A DNA stretch of 45,346 nucleotides from Flavobacteriales bacterium (lineage in GTDB: Bacteria; Bacteroidota; Bacteroidia; Flavobacteriales_H; JAHEZO01), in the NCBI GenBank assembly GCA_023250995.1, contig JAHEZO010000005.1:1-45346 (forward strand). The letters run 5' to 3'. The translations under genes were made by a program, and so were the position numbers. Below the pieces are notes generated by a model. The model worked only from the letters and a program-made list of their open reading frames with translations, had not been told where the DNA came from and made no database searches. This document shows, piece by piece, positions 30,139-39,477 of the stretch. The first letter of the stretch is position 1. Each line of letters starts with the position of its first letter.

Positions 30139-30942
30139 TTAGTAGGATTTCTTTCCGAAATGCCAACTTACATAATAACAAACAAAAAATTTATTGTTTT
30201 CAATAAAAGCCATCATTGGTATTTGATGGTAAAATGCATCTGCAGAAATTCCCGTTTCAACAGCCCTCACCAAGTCTTCTTGCCGGGCATAATCAAAATT
30301 AAACCCCAGCTTGGCATGCAATCCGGGGAAAACCCTACTTTCATCAACACCTTTTAGTGTTTCTGCCCTTCCCAAAATTTTATCAAGTGTATGTTTTTCG
30401 GGATTATATTTTTCGATTTGGGGTGGAGTATTGGAAGGAGAACCGGGGGGGGGAGCAATTTCGAGGTATATTGGCTTAACAAAACCAAGAGAGGCCCCAC
30501 CTAATAAAACATAGCTTATCTGAACACCCTTTTTGCCAACTTTTTCAAAAAGAATTTTTTCAATTCCTGCTGCGGGCCTTATAATGGTAAGGGTATTTAA
30601 TTTTCCATATACAAAACCTTTATTATTGTCCTTATGGGGATTGTAACTTTTATATTCCTTGGGGTTCTTCATGCCGCAAGCCTCTATGGAATATATCCTC
30701 CTGAGTTTTGCATTTATTTGTTTTCCTTTTCTGAAATTTCCTCCCCACCCAAAGGAATGAAGGAGAAGTCCGCCATAATTTTCTTTCTTATAAATGGTAC
30801 TAGCGTCCCCGCTTCCGGAATTTCTTTGACTTGTTTCATCAATAATGTCATTCACATCTGATTCAATAATAGGATTGGCTTGTGAAAAACCGGCTCGTTG
30901 AATCGAAAGAAAAATTAATAAGACCTGTAGTAACCTAACCAT
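30139..30942 (-). CDS. Hypothetical secreted protein
   Basis: Signal-like N-terminus MVRLLQVLLIFLSIQRAGFSQ and coding-like composition. It lies 18 nt downstream of lipA. No motif recognised. Confidence 0.55.
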   Translation of the reverse strand: MVRLLQVLLIFLSIQRAGFSQANPIIESDVNDIIDETSQRNSGSGDASTIYKKENYGGLLLHSFGWGGNFRKGKQINAKLRRIYSIEACGMKNPKEYKSYNPHKDNNKGFVYGKLNTLTIIRPAAGIEKILFEKVGKKGVQISYVLLGGASLGFVKPIYLEIAPPPGSPSNTPPQIEKYNPEKHTLDKILGRAETLKGVDESRVFPGLHAKLGFNFDYARQEDLVRAVETGISADAFYHQIPMMAFIENNKFFVCYYVSWHFGKKSY

Positions 30943-30979
30943 AAAAATTATTTACTTTACAAAATTAAAAAATAAAATT

Positions 30980-31384
30980 ATGGAAACAATTAAAACAATT
31001 TATAAGGGCGAACTCAGAACCAGTTCCCTCCACCTGCAATCAGGAAAAATAATTATTACAGATGCTCCAACCGACAATTTGGGAAAAGGAGAGGCATTTT
31101 CACCAACCGATTTGCTGACCACTGCCCTGGCAACTTGCATGATTACCATAATGGGAATTCAAGCCCGAAAAAATAATTTTATTCTTGAAAACGTAATTGC
31201 CAGAACGACAAAAATAATGGTTCAAAATCCGAGAAGAGTCGGAGAAATACAAATTGATTTAGATTTAGCGGGCAACAATTTTAACGAGGAGCAGAAACAA
31301 ACCCTGGAAAATGCAGCACTAAATTGCCCTGTGGCTAAAAGCCTTCATCCGGATTTGAAACAAACAGTGAGATTTTTTTTCTGA
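30980..31384 (+). CDS. OsmC-family peroxiredoxin-like protein
   Basis: ~134 aa with the two conserved Cys contexts SPTDLLTTALATCM and LNCPVAKSL, typical of OsmC/Ohr. Confidence 0.8.
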   Translation: METIKTIYKGELRTSSLHLQSGKIIITDAPTDNLGKGEAFSPTDLLTTALATCMITIMGIQARKNNFILENVIARTTKIMVQNPRRVGEIQIDLDLAGNNFNEEQKQTLENAALNCPVAKSLHPDLKQTVRFFF

Positions 31385-31414
31385 AGAAAACTAAAAAAAC
31401 AAATGGAAACAAAC

Positions 31415-31543
31415 TCAAACTTGTTTTTGAACTGTTTTAACGGTTGTTTTCCCGTAAGCCGGACATCTTTCGTGGGTTTTGCACGATGAAAAAATTAAGG
31501 TTACCAAGGCAAGCGATGCAAAAAAAATGAGGGCTTTTTTCAT
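31415..31543 (-). CDS. Small (42 aa) lipoprotein with CPAY motif
   Basis: MKKALIFFASLALVTLIFSSCKTHERCPAYGK...: a signal peptide plus lipobox starts at the internal ATG 31543. The upstream 32 codons of track ORF 31415..31639 are low-complexity and lie in AT-rich intergenic DNA. Confidence 0.5.
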   Translation of the reverse strand: MKKALIFFASLALVTLIFSSCKTHERCPAYGKTTVKTVQKQV

Positions 31544-31656
31544 TCTGAAAATTGTGAAATTAAGAGTGGAAAAATAAAAAAAACAAGTGCCTTTATTAAT
31601 TTGGTTTCGCAAAAATAGATAAATAAATAAAAAAAACAAATTTTTTATTTTTATAA

Positions 31657-32355
31657 ATGGAAGAAACCATAAAAACGGGAATTAATCCCATTATTGAAGA
31701 TTCATGGAAAAATGTTTTGATAAATCAGTTTAATTCTGATTATTTTATCCAATTAAAAAACTTTCTGATTGAAGAGAAAAAAAAATATATCATTTTTCCT
31801 CCCGGTCCATTTATTTTCTCGGCTTTTAATTTAACCCCATTTGAAAAAGTTAAAGTTGTAATTATTGGCCAGGACCCATACCATGGGGAAGGACAGGCCC
31901 ATGGTTTGTGTTTTTCTGTTCCAACAAATGTTGATATTCCTCCATCCCTGAAAAATATTTTTAAAGAGTTGCAAACAGATTTGGGAGTTGAAATTCCGAA
32001 AACCGGAAATCTTGAACCCTGGGCCAAACAAGGAGTATTACTTATTAATGCAACTCTTACGGTTAGAGCAAATCAACCGGGCTCGCACCAAAATAAAGGG
32101 TGGGAAATTTTTACAGATAACATAATAAAATTATTATCAGAAGAAAAAAGGAAGTTGGTTTTTTTACTCTGGGGGAAATACGCCCAAAACAAGGAGATTT
32201 TAATTGATAATTCAAAGCATTTAATTTTGAAAGCAGCACACCCTTCTCCTCTTGCGAGGGGTGCATTTTTTGGATGCAGGCATTTTTCCAAAGCAAATGA
32301 TTTTTTATTTCGCTCAGGGCAAAGTAAAATTGATTGGGCTTTAGAAAATATTTAA
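31657..32355 (+). CDS. ung: Uracil-DNA glycosylase (family 1)
   Basis: Motifs GQDPYHG..QAHGLCFSV and HPSPLA are present, with the leucine-loop region. Confidence 0.95.
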   Translation: MEETIKTGINPIIEDSWKNVLINQFNSDYFIQLKNFLIEEKKKYIIFPPGPFIFSAFNLTPFEKVKVVIIGQDPYHGEGQAHGLCFSVPTNVDIPPSLKNIFKELQTDLGVEIPKTGNLEPWAKQGVLLINATLTVRANQPGSHQNKGWEIFTDNIIKLLSEEKRKLVFLLWGKYAQNKEILIDNSKHLILKAAHPSPLARGAFFGCRHFSKANDFLFRSGQSKIDWALENI

Positions 32356-32399
32356 AATTTATTTAAACAAACTCTTAAAAATTAAATTAAATAAATTTT
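32354..32399 (+). terminator. AT-only inverted repeat after ung (possible weak terminator)
   Basis: AAAATTTATTTAA (32354-32366) and TTAAATAAATTTT (32387-32399) are perfect 13-bp complements, followed by a T-run. The all-A/T stem makes function uncertain. Confidence 0.25.
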
Positions 32400-32637
32400 T
32401 TTTTGAAAATATTAATTTTCTCGGCCTATACTTCATAACATCAATTGAATACCTCGAAACAAAAAACCTTTCACGGTTATTGAGTAATATTAAGTCCCTT
32501 CAAAAAAATCAATAAAAAATTCTTTTATTTTCTTTTTTATATTTTTTTCAAAATTTAATTCTGTTTCTAAGAAAATATCTCGTTGAAACAAAATAAAATT
32601 TTAAATCGTACAAAGAAGAAAAACAATATTTCGAATC

Positions 32638-35253
32638 TTGCAAAAACCGCTACCCATGAAAACTTCAGCCAAAGCCAAAATATCCTGCCTGGGGGCATTA
32701 ATCTGGATATTTTCAAATGCATTTTCACAAAAGGCAAAAGAAAATCCAATATCAGAAAAAAAAATTACTGTTTGTCATCTTTCCGATGATTATAAGGTTC
32801 AGTCCATTTCCATTGGAATTTCGGCCCTGGAGGCTCATTTGAAACATGGGGATGCAATTGGTGATTGCAATGAAAATAATTCGCCATTAAAACTTTCTTT
32901 TAACAAAACAGATGTAAAATGCAATGGGGGCAGTGATGGAGCAATTGATTTAAAAGTGAGTATATCAAATGGTAACCCAAAGTACAATTTTTTATGGTCA
33001 ACCGGAGCTACCACCGAAGACATTTCAAATTTAAAAGCCGGAAATTACAGCGTTACGGTTAGCATCGGAAAAGGATTAACAGCCAGCGGAAGCATCATTA
33101 TTAACGAACCATCCATCCTGAGTGCAGGGTCAATTTCCAAAAATATTAGTTGTGCCGGAGGAAAAGACGGAGAAATCCTGGTTACACCCACCGGAGGCAC
33201 TTATCCCTATTCGTTTTTCTGGAGTGCAAATGCCGGACTTCAAAATGGGGAAAAAGCCATCGGACTTCAAAAAGGAATTTATCGGGTAAATATTATTGAT
33301 GCAAACGGATGCAGCACCTTTTCAGAAAAAATTATTGAAGAACCTCTTCCTATTTCTTCTTTGGTTTTTACAAATGATGTTAGATGCAATGGAGGCAACG
33401 ATGGATTTGCAGAGATCCAACCCGGTGGTGGCACACCCCCTTTTTCAATTTCATGGAGTCAAAATGCAGGAATGCAAAACGGGGAAACTGCTGTTAACCT
33501 CAGTAATGGCATTTATCTTGCAACAATTACTGATTCAAAAAGCTGCACTTTTTCAGAAGAAATAATAATTCAGGAACCCGACCTTCTGACTGCTCAGATT
33601 TCAGCTGCCAATGTAACTTGCTCAGGAGGAAATAATGGGTCGGCAACTCTTTTGCCTCAAGGGGGAATTCAACCCTATTCCTATCAATGGTGTGCAAATG
33701 CCGGAGGACAAAATTCTGAAATTGCCACTAAACTTACTCAGGGGGTTTACAGTTGCTCAATTACTGATTTAAATGGATGCCAGTTTGTTTCCTCCATTTC
33801 AATTGAAGAGCCGGCCCCAATTGCCATCAGTTTTTCCTGCACCAATGAAAACTGTTCCAATCCCGGATCCGGAAATGCAACAGCCAATGTAACTGGTGGG
33901 GTTTCTCCCTATAATTACCAATGGAGTTTAAATTCCACAACACAAAGTCAGCCTTTGGCAACAAACCTAACACAGGGAACTTACGGCCTTTTTGTTTCTG
34001 ACCAAAATGGATGCTCGGCAAGCAAAACCTTTAGCATTATCAGAGATAAATGTGATTGCATGCTTCGCACAGAAGATTGCGGGGCCACAATGATTTCCCT
34101 AAATCAGTTTATTTATTGCAACCCGGTAAATGATGCCACCAATTACCAATGGGAATTCTTTCAAAGGCAAACCGGAGTTTTAAAAACAATTGTACGAGGA
34201 TATGCCTTAAATAACTTTCATTTAACCTGGGTTCCGGGAATACTATATGGAAAAACTTATGAAGTAAGGGTTAAACCCTATGTAAATGGTGCATGGAAAG
34301 ATTATGGTCCGGTTTGCCAGATAACAGTTCCCGGTCCGATTCCATCTACAAAAATGAGGAATGAGGATTGTGGAATCAGCACCACCTCATTAAATCAGCA
34401 ATTATTTTGCGAATTGGTACCCGGAGCCCAGAATTACCAATGGGAATTCACGAATTCATCCCTGGGGTTTACCAAGATTGTAAACCGCGGCAGCAATTCA
34501 TTAAGCTTTACTTTTGGCTGGGCCACAGGAATTCAATATGGCAATGCTTATGAGGTTAGGGTAAGAGCAAATGTTGGCGGAGAATGGGGTTCCTTTGCAA
34601 GCCTTTGCCAAATCTCACTTGTATATCCGATTCCCACAACAAAAGTAAGGAACTCTGATTGTGGAATAACTTTAGCATCGCTTACACAGAATATTAACTG
34701 TGACGCGGTTGCAGGGGCTACTGATTTTCAATGGGAAATAAGCAACCATCAGACCGGCCTTTTAACAACCTACGCCAGGGGTTCATCAAATACCAATTTT
34801 CAATTTGGATGGCTGCCTAATATTCAATTTTCAACAACCTATTCTGTTCGTGTAAAAGGAAAAGTTGCAGGTGAATGGGCCGAATTCGGTTTTGAATGCC
34901 AGATTACAACTCCCAATGCACCCATTGCACCGAGGCAAGGGAATTTCAATGAGGAAGAAGAAACCAGCAACAAAAGTTTGAAACCCGATCATCAATTAAG
35001 TGTATTCCCAAACCCATCCAAAGGGGAGTCAATAGATATTAGTTTTTCAGGTCAGGAAAATGCTGACCAACCTATTCTGATTGAGGTTTATGATATTCTT
35101 GGGAATAAAGTATTTAGTCGGAATTCCACTTTAATTGGCGAAGGAAATCTGATTGCCAAAATTAACCGGAACGGGGAGTTAACCACCGGAATTTACTTCC
35201 TAAATGTTGTTTCCGACAACAAAAATTATTACGACAGGATTGTTATTAAATAA
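32638..35253 (+). CDS. Cell-surface protein: five SprB-type repeats, three tandem 97-aa Cys-containing repeats, T9SS C-terminal sorting domain
   Basis: C-x-G-G-x-D/N-G repeats (CNGGSDGAIDL, CAGGKDGEILV, CNGGNDGFAEI, CSGGNNGSATL) are each followed by GG..PY.(F/Y).W. Three repeats start (R)xEDCG/RNSDCG. The tail VFPNPSKGE...GIYFLNVV...RIVIK is present. The start may instead be ATG 32656 (MKTSAKAK.. signal peptide). Confidence 0.85.
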   Translation: MQKPLPMKTSAKAKISCLGALIWIFSNAFSQKAKENPISEKKITVCHLSDDYKVQSISIGISALEAHLKHGDAIGDCNENNSPLKLSFNKTDVKCNGGSDGAIDLKVSISNGNPKYNFLWSTGATTEDISNLKAGNYSVTVSIGKGLTASGSIIINEPSILSAGSISKNISCAGGKDGEILVTPTGGTYPYSFFWSANAGLQNGEKAIGLQKGIYRVNIIDANGCSTFSEKIIEEPLPISSLVFTNDVRCNGGNDGFAEIQPGGGTPPFSISWSQNAGMQNGETAVNLSNGIYLATITDSKSCTFSEEIIIQEPDLLTAQISAANVTCSGGNNGSATLLPQGGIQPYSYQWCANAGGQNSEIATKLTQGVYSCSITDLNGCQFVSSISIEEPAPIAISFSCTNENCSNPGSGNATANVTGGVSPYNYQWSLNSTTQSQPLATNLTQGTYGLFVSDQNGCSASKTFSIIRDKCDCMLRTEDCGATMISLNQFIYCNPVNDATNYQWEFFQRQTGVLKTIVRGYALNNFHLTWVPGILYGKTYEVRVKPYVNGAWKDYGPVCQITVPGPIPSTKMRNEDCGISTTSLNQQLFCELVPGAQNYQWEFTNSSLGFTKIVNRGSNSLSFTFGWATGIQYGNAYEVRVRANVGGEWGSFASLCQISLVYPIPTTKVRNSDCGITLASLTQNINCDAVAGATDFQWEISNHQTGLLTTYARGSSNTNFQFGWLPNIQFSTTYSVRVKGKVAGEWAEFGFECQITTPNAPIAPRQGNFNEEEETSNKSLKPDHQLSVFPNPSKGESIDISFSGQENADQPILIEVYDILGNKVFSRNSTLIGEGNLIAKINRNGELTTGIYFLNVVSDNKNYYDRIVIK

Positions 35254-35269
35254 GGTTGGAATTAAAAGA

Positions 35270-36055
35270 TTACCGGATTTTTTCTACAAATTGTTTAATG
35301 TCCGATTTTAAAGTTTTGTTAGTTCTTAAAGAATTGATAAAAGCAGTTCCGATAATTGCTCCATTCGCAAACCGGCAGGCCTTTTGAAAAGTTTCCCTGT
35401 TGAATATTCCAAAGCCAACCATAACCGGATTTTTTAGTTTCATTGAATTTAATTTTTCAAAATAAGAATTAGTATCGTCTTTAATTTTAAGAAAATTTCC
35501 GGTAGTAGAAGCCGAGGATACAGCATAAATAAAACCCTCCGAAACTTTATCAATTTCCTTAATTCTATCCTCAGAAGTTTGAGGTGTAATCAGAAAAATG
35601 TTTTTTAATCCTGATTTATTGAATAATTTCCAATAATGTTTATTGTATTCGTCAAAAGGCAAATCGGGAATTATTGTTCCGGATATTCCGGCCTCATTGC
35701 ATTTTTCGCAAAATTTTTCAATTCCGAACTGAAGAACCGGATTGAAATACCCCATTAAAATAAGTGGAATTTGATTTTTTTTTTGAATTGATTTTTTTCG
35801 GTATTGAATTAGTTGTTCGAAAAGAAAGGACAAATTCATCCCGTTTTTAAGAGCTATTTCACTGCTCTTTTGTATTGAAGGCCCATCTGCAAGAGGATCA
35901 GAGAAGGGAATTCCTATCTCTACCAAATCCACCCCATTTTTTATTAATTCATCCAGTATTTTGCAAGTGGAATTAATTTGAGGAAACCCAGCCGTAAAAT
36001 ATATAGATAGTAAATTTTTCTTTTTGGATAGGAACAATTCTTTTATGCTATTCAT
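35270..36055 (-). CDS. trpA: Tryptophan synthase alpha chain
   Basis: YFTAGFP, VDLVEIGIPFSDPLADGPSIQ and GFGI are TrpA motifs. It is the last gene of the trp cluster. Confidence 0.9.
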   Translation of the reverse strand: MNSIKELFLSKKKNLLSIYFTAGFPQINSTCKILDELIKNGVDLVEIGIPFSDPLADGPSIQKSSEIALKNGMNLSFLFEQLIQYRKKSIQKKNQIPLILMGYFNPVLQFGIEKFCEKCNEAGISGTIIPDLPFDEYNKHYWKLFNKSGLKNIFLITPQTSEDRIKEIDKVSEGFIYAVSSASTTGNFLKIKDDTNSYFEKLNSMKLKNPVMVGFGIFNRETFQKACRFANGAIIGTAFINSLRTNKTLKSDIKQFVEKIR

Positions 36056-36135
36056 AAACTTATTATATGGAACATGATTAATAATTTATGATAAGAACAA
36101 GTTCATTATGGAATCAGGAAAAACATTACCAAAAA

Positions 36136-37329
36136 TTATTTATCCATCATCGCCAAAAAGGTTTCCATATCCTTATCCCCTCTTCCGGACAAACAGACAA
36201 CCACGGTTTCTTTTTCTTTTGCATAAAGTTTTTCAAGATACGCAAGAGCATGGGCAGATTCAAGCGCAGGAATTATTCCTTCCAGTTTTGCCAGTAAAAA
36301 GGCGGCCTTTAACGCTTCATTATCGGTAACCGATGGGTAGATAGCCCTTTTAGTTTTAAACAGGTGTGCGTGCTGGGGTCCAATTCCGGGGTAATCCAGG
36401 CCTGCCGAAATTGAGTGTGGTTCGGTTATTTGGCCATCCGAGTTTTGCATTAAAATAGTTTTTGATCCATGAATAATTCCCTCAGTACCGAGAGCAGTGG
36501 TTGCCGCTGAAAAACCACTGTTAATTCCCTTTCCTGCAGCTTCTACCCCAATTAAATTTACCTTTTTTTTCTTTTTGCTTTTGGGTTTGTCAATGAAATG
36601 GTAAAAAGCTCCCATGGCATTGCTTCCGCCCCCTACACATGCCAAAACGTAATCCGGGTTTTCGTTTCCGGTTTTTTCTTTTAACTGCTGTTTTATTTCT
36701 TTTGAAATCACACTCTGAAATTTCGCCACCATATCGGGGTAAGGATGCGGACCCACCACCGAGCCAATGAGATAATAAGTATTGCCGGGGTTTGAAATCC
36801 AATCGCGGATGGCTTCGTTGGTGGCGTCCTTCAGGGTTTTGCTTCCACAGGTTGCTGCTATGACTTTTGCGCCCAGCATTTTCATCCGCTCCACATTGGG
36901 TTTCTGGCGTTTCATATCTTTTTCGCCCATAAATACCACACATTCCAACCCAAATAAAGCACAAACTGTTGCGGTAGCCACCCCATGCTGGCCGGCACCG
37001 GTTTCAGCAATTATCCTGGTTTTTCCAAGCTTTTTAGCAAGTAAAATCTGACCAAGAGTATTGTTTATTTTATGTGAACCGGTATGATTTAAATCTTCCC
37101 TTTTTAAAAATATCCTGGTTTTATAATGATTGGATAACCGGGAAGCAAAGTAAAGGGGTGAAGGCCTTCCGGCATAATCGCGCAGCAAAACAGAAAGCTC
37201 CTTTATAAATTGGGAAGAATTAATTATTCCCAAATAATTTTTTTGAAGTTCCTCTACGTTGGGAAAAAGCATTTCGGGAATAAAAGCACCGCCAAAATCT
37301 CCAAAAAATCCTTTTTTGTCTACTCCCAT
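36136..37329 (-). CDS. trpB: Tryptophan synthase beta chain
   Basis: PLP-lysine motif [11 protein letters not shown], then [20 protein letters not shown] and GLDYPGIGP. It carries a short Lys-rich insert, [11 protein letters not shown]. Confidence 0.95.
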   Translation of the reverse strand: MGVDKKGFFGDFGGAFIPEMLFPNVEELQKNYLGIINSSQFIKELSVLLRDYAGRPSPLYFASRLSNHYKTRIFLKREDLNHTGSHKINNTLGQILLAKKLGKTRIIAETGAGQHGVATATVCALFGLECVVFMGEKDMKRQKPNVERMKMLGAKVIAATCGSKTLKDATNEAIRDWISNPGNTYYLIGSVVGPHPYPDMVAKFQSVISKEIKQQLKEKTGNENPDYVLACVGGGSNAMGAFYHFIDKPKSKKKKKVNLIGVEAAGKGINSGFSAATTALGTEGIIHGSKTILMQNSDGQITEPHSISAGLDYPGIGPQHAHLFKTKRAIYPSVTDNEALKAAFLLAKLEGIIPALESAHALAYLEKLYAKEKETVVVCLSGRGDKDMETFLAMMDK

Positions 37330-37395
37330 TTTATTGATCTTTTTTTTTGCTTTTAAAAATAATTCGGTCTATTAACATTAGTTTTGGATAAGTCA

Positions 37396-37500
37396 ATGAA
37401 TATGGGCTTATGACAATTTAGGCAGAATTAATTTGAACTGAATAATTTTTTTGCTACCAAGACGCTAAGACACAAAAGATTTTCTTATGCTTTGTTTTCT
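37396..37500 (+). repeat. Copy C (apparently half-length) of the palindromic MITE-like element, inside the trp operon
   Basis: It aligns to the reverse complement of copy B at ~85-90% by hand and more loosely to the reverse complement of copy D. It contains TATGACAATTTAGGCAG arm, T7, GCTAC (37453-37457) and AGACACAAAAG/CTTATGCTTTGT. Confidence 0.55.
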
Positions 37501-37528
37501 TAATAAAAATCGATGTTTTCCTTTATAC

Positions 37529-38164
37529 TTATCCAAAACTCAGGTTATTAATCTTGCGTTGAAGGCTTTTGAGTTTTTCGGAGTTCTTTAGTCCGGGTGA
37601 AATTTCAAATTTACTATTCACATCAATTCCGAATAAATTTTGAAATTGCGATTTATTCAGTAAAATTTTATTTGTTTTTTCTTCGTCTATTCCCCCGCTG
37701 ATAAAAAATGGAACCGGGCCGTGATAATTATTTAATAAATCCTGGTTAAAAGAAATTCCACTTCCTCCAAACTCCGGGGTTTTAGAATCAAATAAAAAAA
37801 AATCGCACTTACCCTCAAAATTCCCCAGTTTTTTAAAATCAAATCCTCTAAATAAGCCAAAGGCTTTAATTACTTTAACAAATGGCCTAAGTAAAGAGCA
37901 AATTTCAGGAGATTCATTTCCGTGCAACTGAACAGCCTGAAGATTATATTTTTCAATCTTTTCAAAAATTGATTTTAGCGGTTCATTTAAAAACACCCCC
38001 GTTTTAATAATTTGCGGAGAGATGGCCGGTAAAACAAAATCATCACCCACATAACGGGGTGAATTTTTATAAAAAATAAATCCCATCAAATCGGGAAGAA
38101 GGGATGCCACATTCCGGATATTTTCCGGATCCTTCATTCCGCAAACTTTCAGATTTAATTTCAT
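37529..38164 (-). CDS. trpF: Phosphoribosylanthranilate isomerase
   Basis: MKLNLKVCGM, GFIFYKNSPRY, QLHG, and the GGSGISF and ISGGI motifs. The start overlaps the trpC stop by 1 nt. Confidence 0.9.
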   Translation of the reverse strand: MKLNLKVCGMKDPENIRNVASLLPDLMGFIFYKNSPRYVGDDFVLPAISPQIIKTGVFLNEPLKSIFEKIEKYNLQAVQLHGNESPEICSLLRPFVKVIKAFGLFRGFDFKKLGNFEGKCDFFLFDSKTPEFGGSGISFNQDLLNNYHGPVPFFISGGIDEEKTNKILLNKSQFQNLFGIDVNSKFEISPGLKNSEKLKSLQRKINNLSFG

Positions 38165-39477
38165 TAATATTTTTTTATCATCACGTAATCACACATAAAA
38201 AAATCATCCCCAATATCAAAGTTTTTTTCGTATTCTAATTCGAACCCTATTTTTTTATAAAAATTAATTGCTCTTGTGTTTTTCCGGTTAACCTGAAGCC
38301 GGAGGGTTTTAATATTTTTTTTATTTGAAAAAACATTTTCGAAAAGCCGGGAGGAAATTTCCTTTCCATGAAATTCAGGATCGAGGTAAAGCTTATCAAG
38401 AAAAAAATCTATTCCATTTTCAGTTCTTGTATCGAGGTAGCCGATGAGCAAGGTGGAATCTTTATGGCCTGTGGAACTTTTATTGGTCAAAAATGCCAGT
38501 GTAAATTCATGGTTTTGCTCATTAATTTGCCTTTTCAAACTTTCCTGTGAATACATTTTTTCAAGCATATAATTAATTTGTTTTTGGGAAATAATGGCCG
38601 GATAAACCTCATTCCAGATTTTATGCGCAAGTTTTTCGATGGCAGGCAAATCAGAAAATTCCGCCTTGCGGAAAAGCACTTCGTTTGAATCACTCTGTAT
38701 TTGCGAAATAAATTTGCGGCAGGCCTTCCCTGGATCCATTTCTTTCATAAATTTTTCTCCTATCAGAAATCCTTTGAAACCGGAAGATTTTAAACGAACC
38801 ACATCCTCCGGCTTTTCAATTCCGCTTTCAGAAATCTTAACAAATCCATCGGGAATTAAACCTGCAAGGCGGATTGAATTTTCAATATTTACTTCAAAGC
38901 TTTTCAGGTTTCGGTTGTTCACGCCAACCATGTCAATGTATTCATTGAGAGTTCTATTTATTTCATCTTTCGAATGAACTTCGAGCAGGACATCTAAATA
39001 TAAACTTTTGGCAAGGCTTGCAAACCTGATTATTTTTTCAGTCTCGAGGGCGGCAGCAATTAGTAAAACAACATCAGCCCCTATGGATTTGGCTTCCAGA
39101 ATTTGATATTCATCCACAATAAATTCTTTTCTTAACAGAGGAACCCGTACTTTATCCCTGGCAACTACAAGATCATCATTTTTTCCTCCAAAAAAAAACG
39201 AATCGGTTAAAACTGAAATTCCTGATGCCCCTCCACTTTCATAACCGGAAACAGCATCTTCAATTTTCACCTTTAAATTAATTTCAGATTTAGAGGGTGA
39301 CTTTCTTTTAAATTCAGCAATTATTCCGGATTTATTGGTAAAGAGTAATTCCTTTTTAAGGGAATTTGGAATCCTATTAAAATAGGGTTGTTTTTCAAGA
39401 AAAGAAACCGGAAAAAGTTTTTTCGTTTCAGAAACTTCCTGTGTTTTGTGAACAATTATTTTTTCAAGGATGGTCAT
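38164..39477 (-). CDS. trpC: Indole-3-glycerol phosphate synthase fused to a C-terminal GNAT-family acetyltransferase domain
   Basis: aa 1-262 carry TrpC motifs: IAEFKRKSPS, ISVLTD, LRKEFI, LLEVH, VGVNNRNL, ISESGI, FLIGE. aa ~267-437 (nt ~38167-38679) carry GNAT motifs: LYLDPEFHGKEISSRLFE (motif A, degenerate) and NTRAINFYKKIGFE (motif B). It is a single uninterrupted ORF. Confidence 0.85.
   Translation of the reverse strand: MTILEKIIVHKTQEVSETKKLFPVSFLEKQPYFNRIPNSLKKELLFTNKSGIIAEFKRKSPSKSEINLKVKIEDAVSGYESGGASGISVLTDSFFFGGKNDDLVVARDKVRVPLLRKEFIVDEYQILEAKSIGADVVLLIAAALETEKIIRFASLAKSLYLDVLLEVHSKDEINRTLNEYIDMVGVNNRNLKSFEVNIENSIRLAGLIPDGFVKISESGIEKPEDVVRLKSSGFKGFLIGEKFMKEMDPGKACRKFISQIQSDSNEVLFRKAEFSDLPAIEKLAHKIWNEVYPAIISQKQINYMLEKMYSQESLKRQINEQNHEFTLAFLTNKSSTGHKDSTLLIGYLDTRTENGIDFFLDKLYLDPEFHGKEISSRLFENVFSNKKNIKTLRLQVNRKNTRAINFYKKIGFELEYEKNFDIGDDFFMCDYVMIKKY

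Noticed and set aside
32583-32789. Track ORF 32583..32789 (+), 68 aa, and 32567..32749 (-), 60 aa
   Set aside because: Both are Lys/Asn/Phe-rich translations of the AT-rich promoter region, and they overlap the start of the 871-aa surface-protein gene in other frames.
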